A DNA stretch of 64,000 nucleotides from an uncultured Spirochaetota bacterium (GTDB lineage Bacteria > Spirochaetota > Spirochaetia > SZUA-6 > Fen-1364), in assembly GCA_963768665.1 (NCBI GenBank), contig CAVYIU010000007.1, forward strand, positions 391,308-455,307, written 5' to 3'. Position 1 is the stretch's first letter. Every line of letters starts with the position of its first letter. Of the stretch, positions 17,254 through 27,028 are shown one piece after another. The notes below the pieces were generated by a model that ran no database searches, was not told the origin of the DNA, and worked only from the letters and a program-made list of their open reading frames with translations. The position numbers and the translations under genes are program-made.

Positions 17254-18502
17254 TCAGTCGACCAACGCCTGGTATGCCAGGACCTGAAAGTCCCTTTTCC
17301 GGGAAATCGAATCCCATCATGTACTGCGTCATCAGGATGCCGATCAACTCTTCTTTCGGATCCACCCAGTAGTAGGTCTTGGCCGCTCCCGACCAGCCGA
17401 ACTCCCCGACCGTGCCGGGCATGGCAGACGAGGCAACGTCCATCAAGACTCGCGACCCGAGACCGAAGCCATAGCCGGGGGCAGGAGTGCCGGCGAGACT
17501 CCATGGCAGCAGGGACGGTGGCAGGTGGTTCATGTGCATGAGGTCGACGATTTTTGGCGCCAGGACGCGAACACCATCAAGCTCGCCGCGATTGAGCAGC
17601 ACCTGGGCAAAGCGCATGTAGTCCCCGGCGGTCGAGAAAAGTCCGTGTCCGCCGCGGGCAAAACTGGTCTCGTTCCCGCGGGGGTGCGTCGTTTCCACGT
17701 CGATGCGCTGGTTGAAGCCATGATTCCAGGCATCCATGAGGCCGCTCATCGTGCTGGTCATGATGTCCGGAAGACCATACATCGTCGCGACGCGATTGCG
17801 TTTCCCGACAGGAACCGAGAACCCTGTGTCAATCATGCCCAGTGGCGAAAAGAGTCTCTCCTGGAGGAAATGCTGGAGCGGCTGACCGCCGATGACCTCG
17901 ATGAGGTGACCGATGACATCGATCGCCATGCTGTAATGCCACTGCGTTCCGGGCTGGTACGCGAGCGGAAACCGCGCCAGCTCTCTGATCATGCTCTCCA
18001 GCGTTCGAGTCGCATCACTCATCAGTCGGGCCTGGCGATAAAGCTCGCCGACGGGCGAATCCTCGAGGAAATCATAGGTCAAGCCTGCCGTATGCCTGAG
18101 CAAGTCCTGGATCGTGATGGGGCGGACGGCGTCAACTTCTCGCGCATCCGACAGCGTCTTTCCCGTCAGCACGCGTAGTTTTGCGAAGGCCGGGATGTAC
18201 TTCGCAAGGGGATCGAAAAGCTGGAACCTGCCTTCTTCATAGAGGGTCATGAACGCCGTGCAGATGATTGGCTTGGTCATCGAGTAGACGCGGAAAATGG
18301 TGTCCGGCGACATCGGTGCGTGGCTCTCCCGATCCTGCCAGCCCACCTGCTCGAAGTGAACGATGCGGCCGCGCCGCGTCAGCATGGTGCTCAGCCCGGC
18401 ATACCCGTGATGCTCCACGTACCGGTGCATGGCAGGCTTGATGCGGGAGAGACGGTCGGTGCTGCATCCTACGATCTCGGCAGACTCGACGACTGGAATC
18501 AC
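17254..18502 (-). CDS. serine hydrolase, beta-lactamase (class C/EstB-like) family, with a C-terminal frameshift
   Basis: The SxxK motif is present in RVYSMTKPI, and family similarity continues to ...ILMTQYMMGFDFPEK. The canonical C-terminus (DFQVLAYQALVD*) lies in the +1 frame and ends at 17254. One extra base within 17291-17303 explains this. The track ORF's 190-aa tail to 16718 is out-of-frame read-through across the next gene. Confidence 0.82.
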
Positions 18503-19134
18503 TGCGTACCTCCCTCTCTGATTGGTGCAGCCGCGTGCGGACTGCGTATGACTGTTCTGACCGCTCTCCGGTACAAGGCGCGCCTCGGCGAGCGGCGGGC
18601 AGCCTCGGTGAATCCCGCGCGCTTGGAGACCGACGCGAGCCCCGTGAAAGCGAATGCATCAGCAGTGCCGCCTTGGCCCGGTTCCACGGGGTACCCTTCC
18701 GCGATCCGCGCCCCATTGCTCCGCGCGTAACGGACCGCCGCCTCCAGAAGCATGCCGGTGAGCCCCGTGTGCCGCACGTCCTTCGCGACGAAGAAGCACG
18801 GGATCGACCACACCGGCGCATCGTCCACCGGGGCGAGCACCCTCGAACGGGCAAGCGCGCTGAAGTCGGCGCGCGGCGCCACGGAGCACCAGCCCACCGC
18901 GCGCTCACCATCGAGAGCGAGAATGCCGGTGACGGCGCCTGCTTCCACGAGCGCCTTCATTGCACGACGATTGCCTTCGCCCTTTTGCGCGCTGAACTCC
19001 GAGCGGGGCAAGCGCCACCACATGCACCAGCACTCGCCGCAGGCGCCGCGTGGGCCGAAGAGCTCTTCGAAGGCCGTCCAGTTGGCCGGCGACAGGGGAC
19101 GGAACGTCAGCTTCGCCAGGCCCGCCGCTTTCAT
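18499..19134 (-). CDS. GNAT family N-acetyltransferase
   Basis: 211 aa from ATG 19134 (MKAAGLAKLTFRPLSP...). Shows the GACGECWCMWWR motif and an acetyl-CoA-binding core (VAKDVRHTGLTGMLLEAAV). Start and stop codons overlap both neighbouring genes. Confidence 0.82.
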   Translation of the reverse strand: MKAAGLAKLTFRPLSPANWTAFEELFGPRGACGECWCMWWRLPRSEFSAQKGEGNRRAMKALVEAGAVTGILALDGERAVGWCSVAPRADFSALARSRVLAPVDDAPVWSIPCFFVAKDVRHTGLTGMLLEAAVRYARSNGARIAEGYPVEPGQGGTADAFAFTGLASVSKRAGFTEAARRSPRRALYRRAVRTVIRSPHAAAPIREGGTQ

Positions 19135-20096
19135 GGTGACGCCCTGAGCGCGCGAAACATGCCGAAGCGACACAGTCCCTTGCCGAAAGCAAGGCGCATC
19201 AACAGGAAGGTCGGGACCTCACGCAAGGATTTCACAAGCCCCGCCGGGCCGAAACGCAGAAGGCCCTGCGGTCGGAGGAGGCCCTGCCAGATCGAGGCCA
19301 TCCAGGAGGGGAGGGTCTGTTCCGTCCAGTCCGCGGTCACGACCCGTCCGTTGACCAGTCCCGTTGCCTCCAGGAGCTCGGAAAAACCCTCGATGCTGGA
19401 GAACGCGGGATGCGACCACTGATCGAGGAGCTGGCGCATGACAGGCTTTTCCCAGAAGTTCAGCGGCGCGCGGCGATCGTCTCTCTGGTTCCAGTCCGCA
19501 ACCACCAGGACGCCGCCGGGCTTGAGGACGCGGAGCAGCTCCCGAGCGAATACCGCCTTGTCGGGCATGTGGGGTCCTGCCTCGACGGACCAGACGACAT
19601 CGAAACTGGCGTCAGGGAATGACAGGGCCATCGCGTCATCGACCTGGAACTGCAGGGGCAGGCCTGGCGGGGTCAATTCGCGGGCTCGCCTGACCTGGTT
19701 GGGGCTGATGGTAACGCCCGTCACCGCAAACCTGTAATCCCGCGCGAGGATGCGGCTGCTGCCGCCGATGCCGCACCCGACGTCGAGGACCGTTGTTCCG
19801 GGCGGGAAGCGGTCGAGGCCACCCCAGCGTGCCATCTCGTGCACGAAGTCCACCTTGGCCTTGAGGAAGTCCTTGCGGCGCGCGGGAGATCCATAGTGAC
19901 CGAGGTGGATGTGCTCGCCCCAGTAGAACTCGAGTATCCCGTCATCGGTCCAGTTGTCGTAGGAATCGATGACGGTGCTCGACGATTGATAGCGGCGCGC
20001 CGTAGCAAGATACAGGGCGACGCCGATCACCAGGATTGCGAGCAGGGAGCCAATCACGATAAGCACGACTGTCATGCCGCACGACCTCGACGACAC
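19131..20096 (-). CDS. membrane-anchored SAM-dependent methyltransferase (MPBQ/MSBQ- or tocopherol-methyltransferase-like)
   Basis: N-terminal TM helix, then YDNWTDDGILEFYWGEHIHLGHYG, the SAM motif VLDVGCGIGGS and LKPGGVLVVADW. Confidence 0.85.
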   Translation of the reverse strand: MSSRSCGMTVVLIVIGSLLAILVIGVALYLATARRYQSSSTVIDSYDNWTDDGILEFYWGEHIHLGHYGSPARRKDFLKAKVDFVHEMARWGGLDRFPPGTTVLDVGCGIGGSSRILARDYRFAVTGVTISPNQVRRARELTPPGLPLQFQVDDAMALSFPDASFDVVWSVEAGPHMPDKAVFARELLRVLKPGGVLVVADWNQRDDRRAPLNFWEKPVMRQLLDQWSHPAFSSIEGFSELLEATGLVNGRVVTADWTEQTLPSWMASIWQGLLRPQGLLRFGPAGLVKSLREVPTFLLMRLAFGKGLCRFGMFRALRASP

Positions 20097-20166
20097 TGTA
20101 GACAGGTTTGCGGCGGCAGAAAAGGGCGGGCGACGCCGGCAAGCATCGCCCGCGGAAGACCACTGG

Positions 20167-20589
20167 CTATCGCCCCGCGAAGGCGAGGTGCACTACCTCC
20201 TGCGGTAACTGGGCCAGTTTTAGGCTGATCGATGTCGCGAACTCCGGTCGTGAGCCGCTGCCGATGGCCAGGACCGACTGCGCTATCTCCGCGACCGCGC
20301 CTGTCGCGCCTGCGAAGAGGTCAGGGCAGAAGCCATACAGCGTGTAGCTCGCGCCTGTGTTCTTCGACCATGCCGTGGCAACCAGGGAGCCGCGCACCGG
20401 GCATCCCTGGTCGGATGACGTCCATGACAGGGCGATTGTCCCGCCGTAGACCAGGTATCCCCCGGCTGCGTTGTCCCAGTATTCTCCGTTGATCGGGACA
20501 ACCGTTGTCTGCCTCGACTGGGCCCACGTGCAAGCACCTGCGAGGACAGCCAGGACCAGGATGAAAAGGACGATTCTCGAACGATTCAT
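20167..20589 (-). CDS. secreted hypothetical protein (140 aa)
   Basis: Signal peptide MNRSRIVLFILVLAVLAGACTWAQS. No recognisable domain. Confidence 0.55.
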   Translation of the reverse strand: MNRSRIVLFILVLAVLAGACTWAQSRQTTVVPINGEYWDNAAGGYLVYGGTIALSWTSSDQGCPVRGSLVATAWSKNTGASYTLYGFCPDLFAGATGAVAEIAQSVLAIGSGSRPEFATSISLKLAQLPQEVVHLAFAGR

Positions 20590-20746
20590 GGTCTTCCTCC
20601 TTCCCGCTCTTCGGCGGGATGTCCTGAGTATCCAGATCTGGCGCTTCGCCAGCGCTTCCCGGAGCGCTTCGTTTCCGCTTCGTTTTGCAGGCCCCGACGG
20701 CCCTGTCTCCCTTGACCACGCCGGTGGCGGTCAGTACACAGGACCC

Positions 20747-21172
20747 ATGGGCATCACGGTTCGCGAGTTCACCATCGGGGACTACGAGGCTGCCTTCGCG
20801 CTCTGGAAGGCGTCGGAGGGCATCGGCCTGAGCGAAGCGGACACGCGGGAGAATATCGCGCTCTATCTCCGCCGCAACCCGGGGCAGAGCTTCGTGGCGG
20901 AGGAGGACGGCGTCCTGGTCGGGGCCGTGCTCTGCGGCAACGACGGGCGCCGCGGCTTCCTGCACCACCTCGCCGTTGCTGCCTCGGCGCGCCGCAAGGG
21001 AACGGGCCATGCCCTGATCGGGAACGCCCTGGGAGCCCTTGCCGCCCAGGGCATGAGGAAGTGCCATGTCTTCGTGATCAGCGCGAACGAGGAGGGCAAG
21101 CGCTTCTGGCGCCGGGTGGGGTGGGAGGAAAGGACCACCCTCGTCGTCATGTCGAAGGACGTGGCGGGCTGA
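20747..21172 (+). CDS. GNAT family N-acetyltransferase
   Basis: 141 aa from ATG 20747 (MGITVREFTIGDYEAAFALW...). Core motif HHLAVAASARRKGTGHALI. Confidence 0.85.
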   Translation: MGITVREFTIGDYEAAFALWKASEGIGLSEADTRENIALYLRRNPGQSFVAEEDGVLVGAVLCGNDGRRGFLHHLAVAASARRKGTGHALIGNALGALAAQGMRKCHVFVISANEEGKRFWRRVGWEERTTLVVMSKDVAG

Positions 21173-21177
21173 GCGCA

Positions 21178-22104
21178 GTGCGGCCCACCCTCGACGAGTT
21201 GACAGCCGAGTTGACCACCCTCGGGCTGGAGCACGCGGTCCTTCCCGCGGGGTCCGACGGCGCCCTGCTCCTCCTGCCGGACTACGGCCGTGTTCTTGGA
21301 TTGTTTGCCCAGGCCCGGGCCGGCAATGCCCTCTGGGTGAATCCCGAGTTCCTCCGCCGGCTCGCCATCGGTACAAAGGATGACGGGTGGATGAACCCCG
21401 GGGGCGACCGGATGTGGCTCGCCCCGCGCGAGGAGTTCATCGGGGAAAGCGGCGAGGTGCCGGCGTCTCTCGACCCCGGTCATTACACGGGCCGGGCAGA
21501 CCATGCGGGCTACACGATGGAGAACAAGGGCGACGCGCACGCCTGGCAGTCGGGCGTCTCCGTTCGTTTCCGCCTAGTCCGCCGCATCCTGCCTGCCGGC
21601 GAGGCCCGGCTCGCGGAGTCATGGGGAAAGAGCTGGCTGCGGCGCGCCGGCTACGAGGAGGAGACGCAGCTCTCCATTGCCGGCTCCTCCCCGCGCGGGG
21701 GCACGTGGCTTTCCAACGCTGTCCAGCTTCCCGCCGGTGCCCGGGCGCGCATCCCCCTCCCTCCGGGCCGGGAAGGTGCCTGCCTCGTGCTCGGTGAATC
21801 AGCCGGCGGGCCGCACAGCATCGGGCTCAGCACGGGAGAGTGCGCGGCACGCTTTCTCTGCATCGTCCCCGCGGAGCCCGGTCACGCGCAGCTCCTCGTG
21901 AAGGATTTCGACGCCTCGGGCACCGAGAACAGGGAGGGTCCCCTCGTGGAATGCCGGTGGGGCGGCCGTGACGGCGCCCTGGAGATCTCCTGCAGGTCGG
22001 CAGCGGTCGGCAAGGGCGCGCGCCTGTCCTGGAAGACCTCCACGTGCGTCTTCTCCGGCCGCGAAGAGGAGATACGCGCCCTCGCCGCGAGAATTGCGTC
22101 GTGA
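21178..22104 (+). CDS. hypothetical protein (possible mutarotase-like beta-sandwich)
   Basis: 308 aa from GTG 21178. NPGGDRMWLAPRE is the only motif I half-recognise. The codon position 3 G/C bias is good. Confidence 0.55.
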   Translation: MRPTLDELTAELTTLGLEHAVLPAGSDGALLLLPDYGRVLGLFAQARAGNALWVNPEFLRRLAIGTKDDGWMNPGGDRMWLAPREEFIGESGEVPASLDPGHYTGRADHAGYTMENKGDAHAWQSGVSVRFRLVRRILPAGEARLAESWGKSWLRRAGYEEETQLSIAGSSPRGGTWLSNAVQLPAGARARIPLPPGREGACLVLGESAGGPHSIGLSTGECAARFLCIVPAEPGHAQLLVKDFDASGTENREGPLVECRWGGRDGALEISCRSAAVGKGARLSWKTSTCVFSGREEEIRALAARIAS

Positions 22105-22145
22105 CGGCGTGTATCTTCCTGTGATATAAGGAGCCAGAAGACCAG

Positions 22146-24875
22146 ATGGCCGGTCCCGGGAAAGACAAGCCGAACCTGAGAGACAACCTCATCCGCCAGG
22201 GCGTTCCCCAGGAGGAGATCCAGAAGCTCCACCGGTCGCTCCGTGAGAAAGGCTACGGCGAGGAGGAAGCCCGCCGGAGGTCGAAGGAGACCTTCGAGCA
22301 GATCCATGCCCAGAGGATGCTCGCCGAGCGCAGGCGAAACGCCGAGGAGGCGGCAGGCCGGAAGAAGGAAGCCGCGGGAGCCGGCGCTGACCCGACCGCA
22401 CGGCCCGCCGCCCACCCTGACCAGGCCCGCAGGGCGGTGGACTGGATCCCGGAGGTGCCGCTCTGGCTGCGGCGGAAGATCAACAGGTACGCGTTCCGCA
22501 ACAGCTTCCTCATCACGGGGATGGCAGAGCGGTTCGACGATTTCATGTGCCTCTTCGATGCCGCCCGCGGGGACTACGTGAGCAGGGCCATGATGCGCTC
22601 CCTCGCGGAAGAAAAGGGCTACAAGGCCCGCAACCCCTTCCGGCTCTCGTTCATCGACTGCCTGGACGCCCTGCGCGACAGCGCGCGATCGATCCTCGGG
22701 CTGGGTGACATTCCGGCGGGGCAGCGCGGGGGCGAGACTGCCGCGGAGGCGCTCGGCGCGGTGCGCGCCCGCGAGCCTTTCGTCGTCGAGTTCTTTTCCG
22801 TCTTCACCCAGCCCTACGACATGCTGCGCAGGAGCCTGGAGTACCTCGGCACCGCGTACAGGACAGGCCGCCGTGCCCGAGTCTCCGAGCTCGCCCGCGT
22901 GGTAAAGGACGGGGGGCGGCTCATCATGCTCACCGGTTCCCTGGAGCCCGAGAAGCTGGAGATGCTGATCGACATCGCGCGCGACGCGCACGCTGAGCGC
23001 GCCCCGGGAGGCCGGCCCGCCGCGCAGTTCGCTGACGCGGAAGGGCTCTTCCGTGCCTCCTACCAGAGCCTCCAGGGCTTCTTCCACGAGCTGTACCCGG
23101 CCCTCCTCAGGATGATCGGCGCATTCTACGAGGAGACGTCGGCAGACCCCCGCAAACGTTCGCAGATCCTCGCGTTCCTGGAGCTCCGGGAGCAGGACAT
23201 CCTGACGTGGGAGGGCTGGCAACGCCGGCTGCGGGAACAGCGCGAGCGCGAGCTGCAGGAGCAGCAGGCCAGGGAGCTCGCCCGGCTGGAGGCGGAGAAG
23301 GCCGCCTCCCTCGGGGTGAAGCACGAAGGCACCCTCGTCACCATGGGGTCGCTGTTCCCCGGGTCAGGCATCGAGCGCATCGACCAGGGCGGGTTCGTGC
23401 TGCCGTACTTCGCCAACCGCGTCTTCGGCCATTCGCCGCTGTACCAGTCGCGGCAGCTTGACCTCGAGCAGCTCGCCGCGTCGGACCCGATGAGCCTCGT
23501 CATCGTCGTTCACTCGATGCTCGACGACCTGCTCACGTCGATCGATGTCTTCGCCCTGGAGCAGGTTGTCCGGCGGGAAGGCTTCGCCGCGGACCTCGCC
23601 GCCGTGCGCGACTCCTGGCGGGACGCCTTCCCGCGCCTGTTCGAGCCGTACCTGGACGCCATCCGCGACTATGCCCGCGAGATCGGGAGCGACGTGCGCT
23701 ACGCGAAAATCTACCGCGACAGCGCGCATGCCCGCGCCCTGGAAGAGCGGATCAACCAGCTGCGCAACCGCGCCATCCGCAACTTCGGCCACATCATCAC
23801 CGACAGGGAGCGCGTGGACGCGCCGAAGCTCTTCGAGCTGGCCATCCGCCTCGCCGCCCTCCTCACGGAAGCCGGCACGCTCGTCAACCAGGCCGTCCTC
23901 ACGGCCGATGATCCGGTGGCCCGCAGGACGCGAGAGGAGATCGTCGCGCAGGCGTTCGCGAACCTGCAGTCTTCCGCAGCGGGAGGCGCGAACTACCGGC
24001 CCGTCACGCGCCAGGTGCGGCGGTGGATCGAGGCGCGGTTCCGGGAGCCCGTGACCGACGTGCCCCAGAAGGCTCAGGTCGCCTTCATGGACGTGGTGCG
24101 CGGCATGGCATACCTGTACGAGTCGCTCCTCAATGATCCGCAGAGCGTCGCCGCCCGCAGCGGGCACGGCGTGATCACCGCCTCGGTGGAGGACCGCGCC
24201 GCCTGGACACGCGAGCGCACCGAGCGCGGGCGCGACTCGCTGCAGACGCTCCAGGCCTCCCTGCGGGAGCAGTTCCCCGGCCAGTTCGTCGACGCCCTCA
24301 CGGGCCTGCGCAACAAGGACTACTTCGTGACCGAGCTGCCGCGCACGCTGGAGAAGCTCCGTGCCCGCAAGGCTTCCCTTGCCCTGCTCATGATCGACAT
24401 CGATCACTTCAAGTGGGTGAACGACGAGCTTGGCCATGCGCGGGGTGACGAGGTCCTGAAAGCCACGGCAGCCATGATCCTCGACAATATCCGCGAGGGA
24501 GACCTCGCGGTGCGCTACGGCGGGGAGGAGATACTCATCCTGATGCCTTCCGATCTGCACACCGGCATCATCCTCGCCGAGCGCCTGCGCTTCGGCCAGG
24601 AAAACCGCGTCCTCGCGCGTGACGCCATGAGCGACGTGCGCCGTGTCGCCGGGTCCGGCGGCGGTCCCTGCGGGACCCTGTCCATCGGCGTCGCGGACGT
24701 GAGCGCCGTCGCCGAGCTCACGAAAGCAGTGGAGAAGGGAGACCGCGCCCTCTACGCGGCGAAACGGCAACGCAACCTCGTGGTGTTCATCGACCCTGCC
24801 CGCGAGCGGCAGGGCCTGGACGCCTTCACCACCTACAGTGAGTACTGCCGACAGGCCGGAGGCGCTTCCGCGTGA
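22146..24875 (+). CDS. diguanylate cyclase (GGDEF) with a roughly 700-aa uncharacterised helical N-terminal region
   Basis: The C-terminus has DALTGLRNKDYF, IDIDHFKWVNDELGHARGDEVL, the active site RYGGEEI, and an RxxD I-site (REGD) 5 residues upstream. AAGGAG RBS precedes ATG 22146. Confidence 0.9.
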   Translation: MAGPGKDKPNLRDNLIRQGVPQEEIQKLHRSLREKGYGEEEARRRSKETFEQIHAQRMLAERRRNAEEAAGRKKEAAGAGADPTARPAAHPDQARRAVDWIPEVPLWLRRKINRYAFRNSFLITGMAERFDDFMCLFDAARGDYVSRAMMRSLAEEKGYKARNPFRLSFIDCLDALRDSARSILGLGDIPAGQRGGETAAEALGAVRAREPFVVEFFSVFTQPYDMLRRSLEYLGTAYRTGRRARVSELARVVKDGGRLIMLTGSLEPEKLEMLIDIARDAHAERAPGGRPAAQFADAEGLFRASYQSLQGFFHELYPALLRMIGAFYEETSADPRKRSQILAFLELREQDILTWEGWQRRLREQRERELQEQQARELARLEAEKAASLGVKHEGTLVTMGSLFPGSGIERIDQGGFVLPYFANRVFGHSPLYQSRQLDLEQLAASDPMSLVIVVHSMLDDLLTSIDVFALEQVVRREGFAADLAAVRDSWRDAFPRLFEPYLDAIRDYAREIGSDVRYAKIYRDSAHARALEERINQLRNRAIRNFGHIITDRERVDAPKLFELAIRLAALLTEAGTLVNQAVLTADDPVARRTREEIVAQAFANLQSSAAGGANYRPVTRQVRRWIEARFREPVTDVPQKAQVAFMDVVRGMAYLYESLLNDPQSVAARSGHGVITASVEDRAAWTRERTERGRDSLQTLQASLREQFPGQFVDALTGLRNKDYFVTELPRTLEKLRARKASLALLMIDIDHFKWVNDELGHARGDEVLKATAAMILDNIREGDLAVRYGGEEILILMPSDLHTGIILAERLRFGQENRVLARDAMSDVRRVAGSGGGPCGTLSIGVADVSAVAELTKAVEKGDRALYAAKRQRNLVVFIDPARERQGLDAFTTYSEYCRQAGGASA

Positions 24876-25642
24876 CACTCGTCCACTCTCTTCTCCCCTG
24901 GCAATGGGCGCTGGGAGCATTCTGCGCCCTCACGGTCGGTCTCTCCAAGACCGGCGTGCCCGGCCTGGGTATTCTCTTCGTGCCGCTGTTCGCCATGGTG
25001 CTTCCCGCGCGCGCCTCCACCGGTGCGCTCCTGCCGCTGCTGATGATCGGGGATGCCATCGCCGTGATCTGGTACCGCCGCACGGCGGTCTGGCGCCATC
25101 TCTGGCGGCTCCTGCCGTGGGCGGGGGTGGGGATCGTCTGCGGCTTCTTTCTCCTGGGAACGATCGACGACCGGACCTTGCAGCCCCTGCTCGGCGCCCT
25201 CATCATCGGCATGCTGGGTTTCAACATCTGGCGGGACAGGCCGTGGGAAGACCCCGCGCACAGGACGCGGCCCCTTCCGTCGATCCCCACCGCCTGGTGG
25301 TTCTCCGCGGTCATGGGCCTGCTCGCGGGCACGACGACGATGCTCGCCAACGCGGCCGGCCCGGTCATGCTGGTCTACCTGCTGTCCATGCGGCTGCCCA
25401 AGGACGAGTTTCTCGGGACAGGCGCGTGGTTCTTCGCGCTCGTGAACGCGACCAAGGTCCCCTTCAGCGCGGGGCTTGGCCTCATCACTGCCGGGTCACT
25501 CGCGTTGGACGGCATCCTCGCTGCCGGCGTCCTTGCGGGGGCTGCGGTGGGTATCCTCGCCGCCCGCAAGCTTCCCGAGCGCGTTTTCGTGGTGGGCATC
25601 CAGGCCCTTGCGCTGGCGTCCGCGGTGCTGCTGTTCTTCTGA
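24872..25642 (+). CDS. TauE/SafE (TSUP) family anion permease
   Basis: 256 aa with 7-8 TM helices and GLSKTGVPGLGILFVPLFA. The GTG start overlaps the GGDEF stop (GTGA). Confidence 0.85.
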   Translation: MTLVHSLLPWQWALGAFCALTVGLSKTGVPGLGILFVPLFAMVLPARASTGALLPLLMIGDAIAVIWYRRTAVWRHLWRLLPWAGVGIVCGFFLLGTIDDRTLQPLLGALIIGMLGFNIWRDRPWEDPAHRTRPLPSIPTAWWFSAVMGLLAGTTTMLANAAGPVMLVYLLSMRLPKDEFLGTGAWFFALVNATKVPFSAGLGLITAGSLALDGILAAGVLAGAAVGILAARKLPERVFVVGIQALALASAVLLFF

Positions 25643-25679
25643 GCAGGGGTGCCGCGAGCGGCGGCCCCGGGGCGCTGGT

Positions 25680-27008
25680 TCAGGCGGGCTGGGTTGCCGC
25701 GGGCTCTCGGAAAGGCGCCAGCCGTTCCAGGAGGTGCGCGGGCACCGACGCCCGCAGCCTCACGCCCTCGTTCGTGTCCTTCTTCTCTTCCACGCTGCCC
25801 TGCTCGTAGACGAGCTTCACGAGGTCGTACCGCGCGAAGGGAATCACGACGCTGACCGTGACCAGGTCGACGGCGAGGAGTCTCTCCGCCAGCGCCAGCA
25901 CCCCGGGCAGGCCCTCACCTGTCTTCGCGCTCGCGTAGAGCACGTGCTCGTGCCGCGCAGCCGGGAAGGCAAGGGGGGTCCGGTCGCTGAGCTTGTCGAT
26001 CTTGTTCAGCAGGAGCACCCGCGGGGTGCCCTCGATGTGCAGCGTGCCAAGGACGGTCTCCACCGCCTCGATCTGCTCGGCGGTCCTCTGCTGTGATGCG
26101 TCGGCCACGTGGATGATGAGGGAGGCCTCCTCGATCCCCTCCAGCGTTGCGCGGAATGCCGCCACCAGGTCGTGGGGCAGCTTGCGGATGAAGCCGACGG
26201 TGTCCGTCACGAGCACCTCGCGGCCGCCCGGCAGGGTGAGCCGGCGGGTGGTGGGGTCCAGCGTGGCGAAGAGCTTGTCCTGGACGAGAACGCCGGCGCC
26301 GGTGAAAGCGTTCAGGAGCGAGCTCTTGCCCGCGTTGGTGTATCCCACGAGCGCCACGACCGGGAGTCCCGACCGGTCCCTGCGCTGCCTATGGCGGCCG
26401 CGCTGGCCGCGGACCTCCTCCAGCTCCTTGCGCAGCGTCCCGATGCGCCGCCTGACCTGCCGGCGGTCCAGCTCGAGCTGTGTTTCGCCGGGGCCCCGGA
26501 GACCCACGGGGCCCGCGCCGGTGCCGCCCACCTGCTGGCTGAAGCCCGTGCGCATGCCAGCCAGGCGCGGCAGGAGGTACTGGTACTGGGCAAGCTCCAC
26601 CTGGAGCTTGCCTTCCCGCGAGTGCGCGTGCTGGCTGAAGATGTCGAGGATGAGGCGCGTCCTGTCGATGACCCGCACCCCCTCGCCGAGGCCGGCCTCC
26701 AGCTTCCTGTGCTGCCCGGGGGAGAGCTCGTCGTCGAAGAGCACGTAGCGGGCGTTCTCGGCCGCCGCCAGCTCGCGCAGCTCCTGGACCTTGCCCGAGC
26801 CGATCCACGTCGATGCGTCGGGGTGGGCCATCTTCTGGTAGGTGGAGCCGGCGACGCGCAGCCCTGCGGTATCGGCGAGCCGTCCCAGCTCCGCGAGGGA
26901 GTCTTCGACCCCCCAGGCGCCGGCGTGGCCCTTCAGCTCGACGCCGACGAGGACGGCGGTGGTCTCAGCTCCCAGCGGCTGGTCAGGAGTGATCAGTTCT
27001 TTCAACAT
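25680..27008 (-). CDS. hflX: GTPase HflX
   Basis: 442 aa with the HflX N-terminal domain (LIIFDDELSPGQ-type: VLFDDELSPGQHRKLE), G1 GYTNAGKSSL and G3 DTVGF. AAGGAG RBS. Confidence 0.93.
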   Translation of the reverse strand: MLKELITPDQPLGAETTAVLVGVELKGHAGAWGVEDSLAELGRLADTAGLRVAGSTYQKMAHPDASTWIGSGKVQELRELAAAENARYVLFDDELSPGQHRKLEAGLGEGVRVIDRTRLILDIFSQHAHSREGKLQVELAQYQYLLPRLAGMRTGFSQQVGGTGAGPVGLRGPGETQLELDRRQVRRRIGTLRKELEEVRGQRGRHRQRRDRSGLPVVALVGYTNAGKSSLLNAFTGAGVLVQDKLFATLDPTTRRLTLPGGREVLVTDTVGFIRKLPHDLVAAFRATLEGIEEASLIIHVADASQQRTAEQIEAVETVLGTLHIEGTPRVLLLNKIDKLSDRTPLAFPAARHEHVLYASAKTGEGLPGVLALAERLLAVDLVTVSVVIPFARYDLVKLVYEQGSVEEKKDTNEGVRLRASVPAHLLERLAPFREPAATQPA

Positions 27009-27028
27009 ACGGGGGAAAGGTACTCCTT

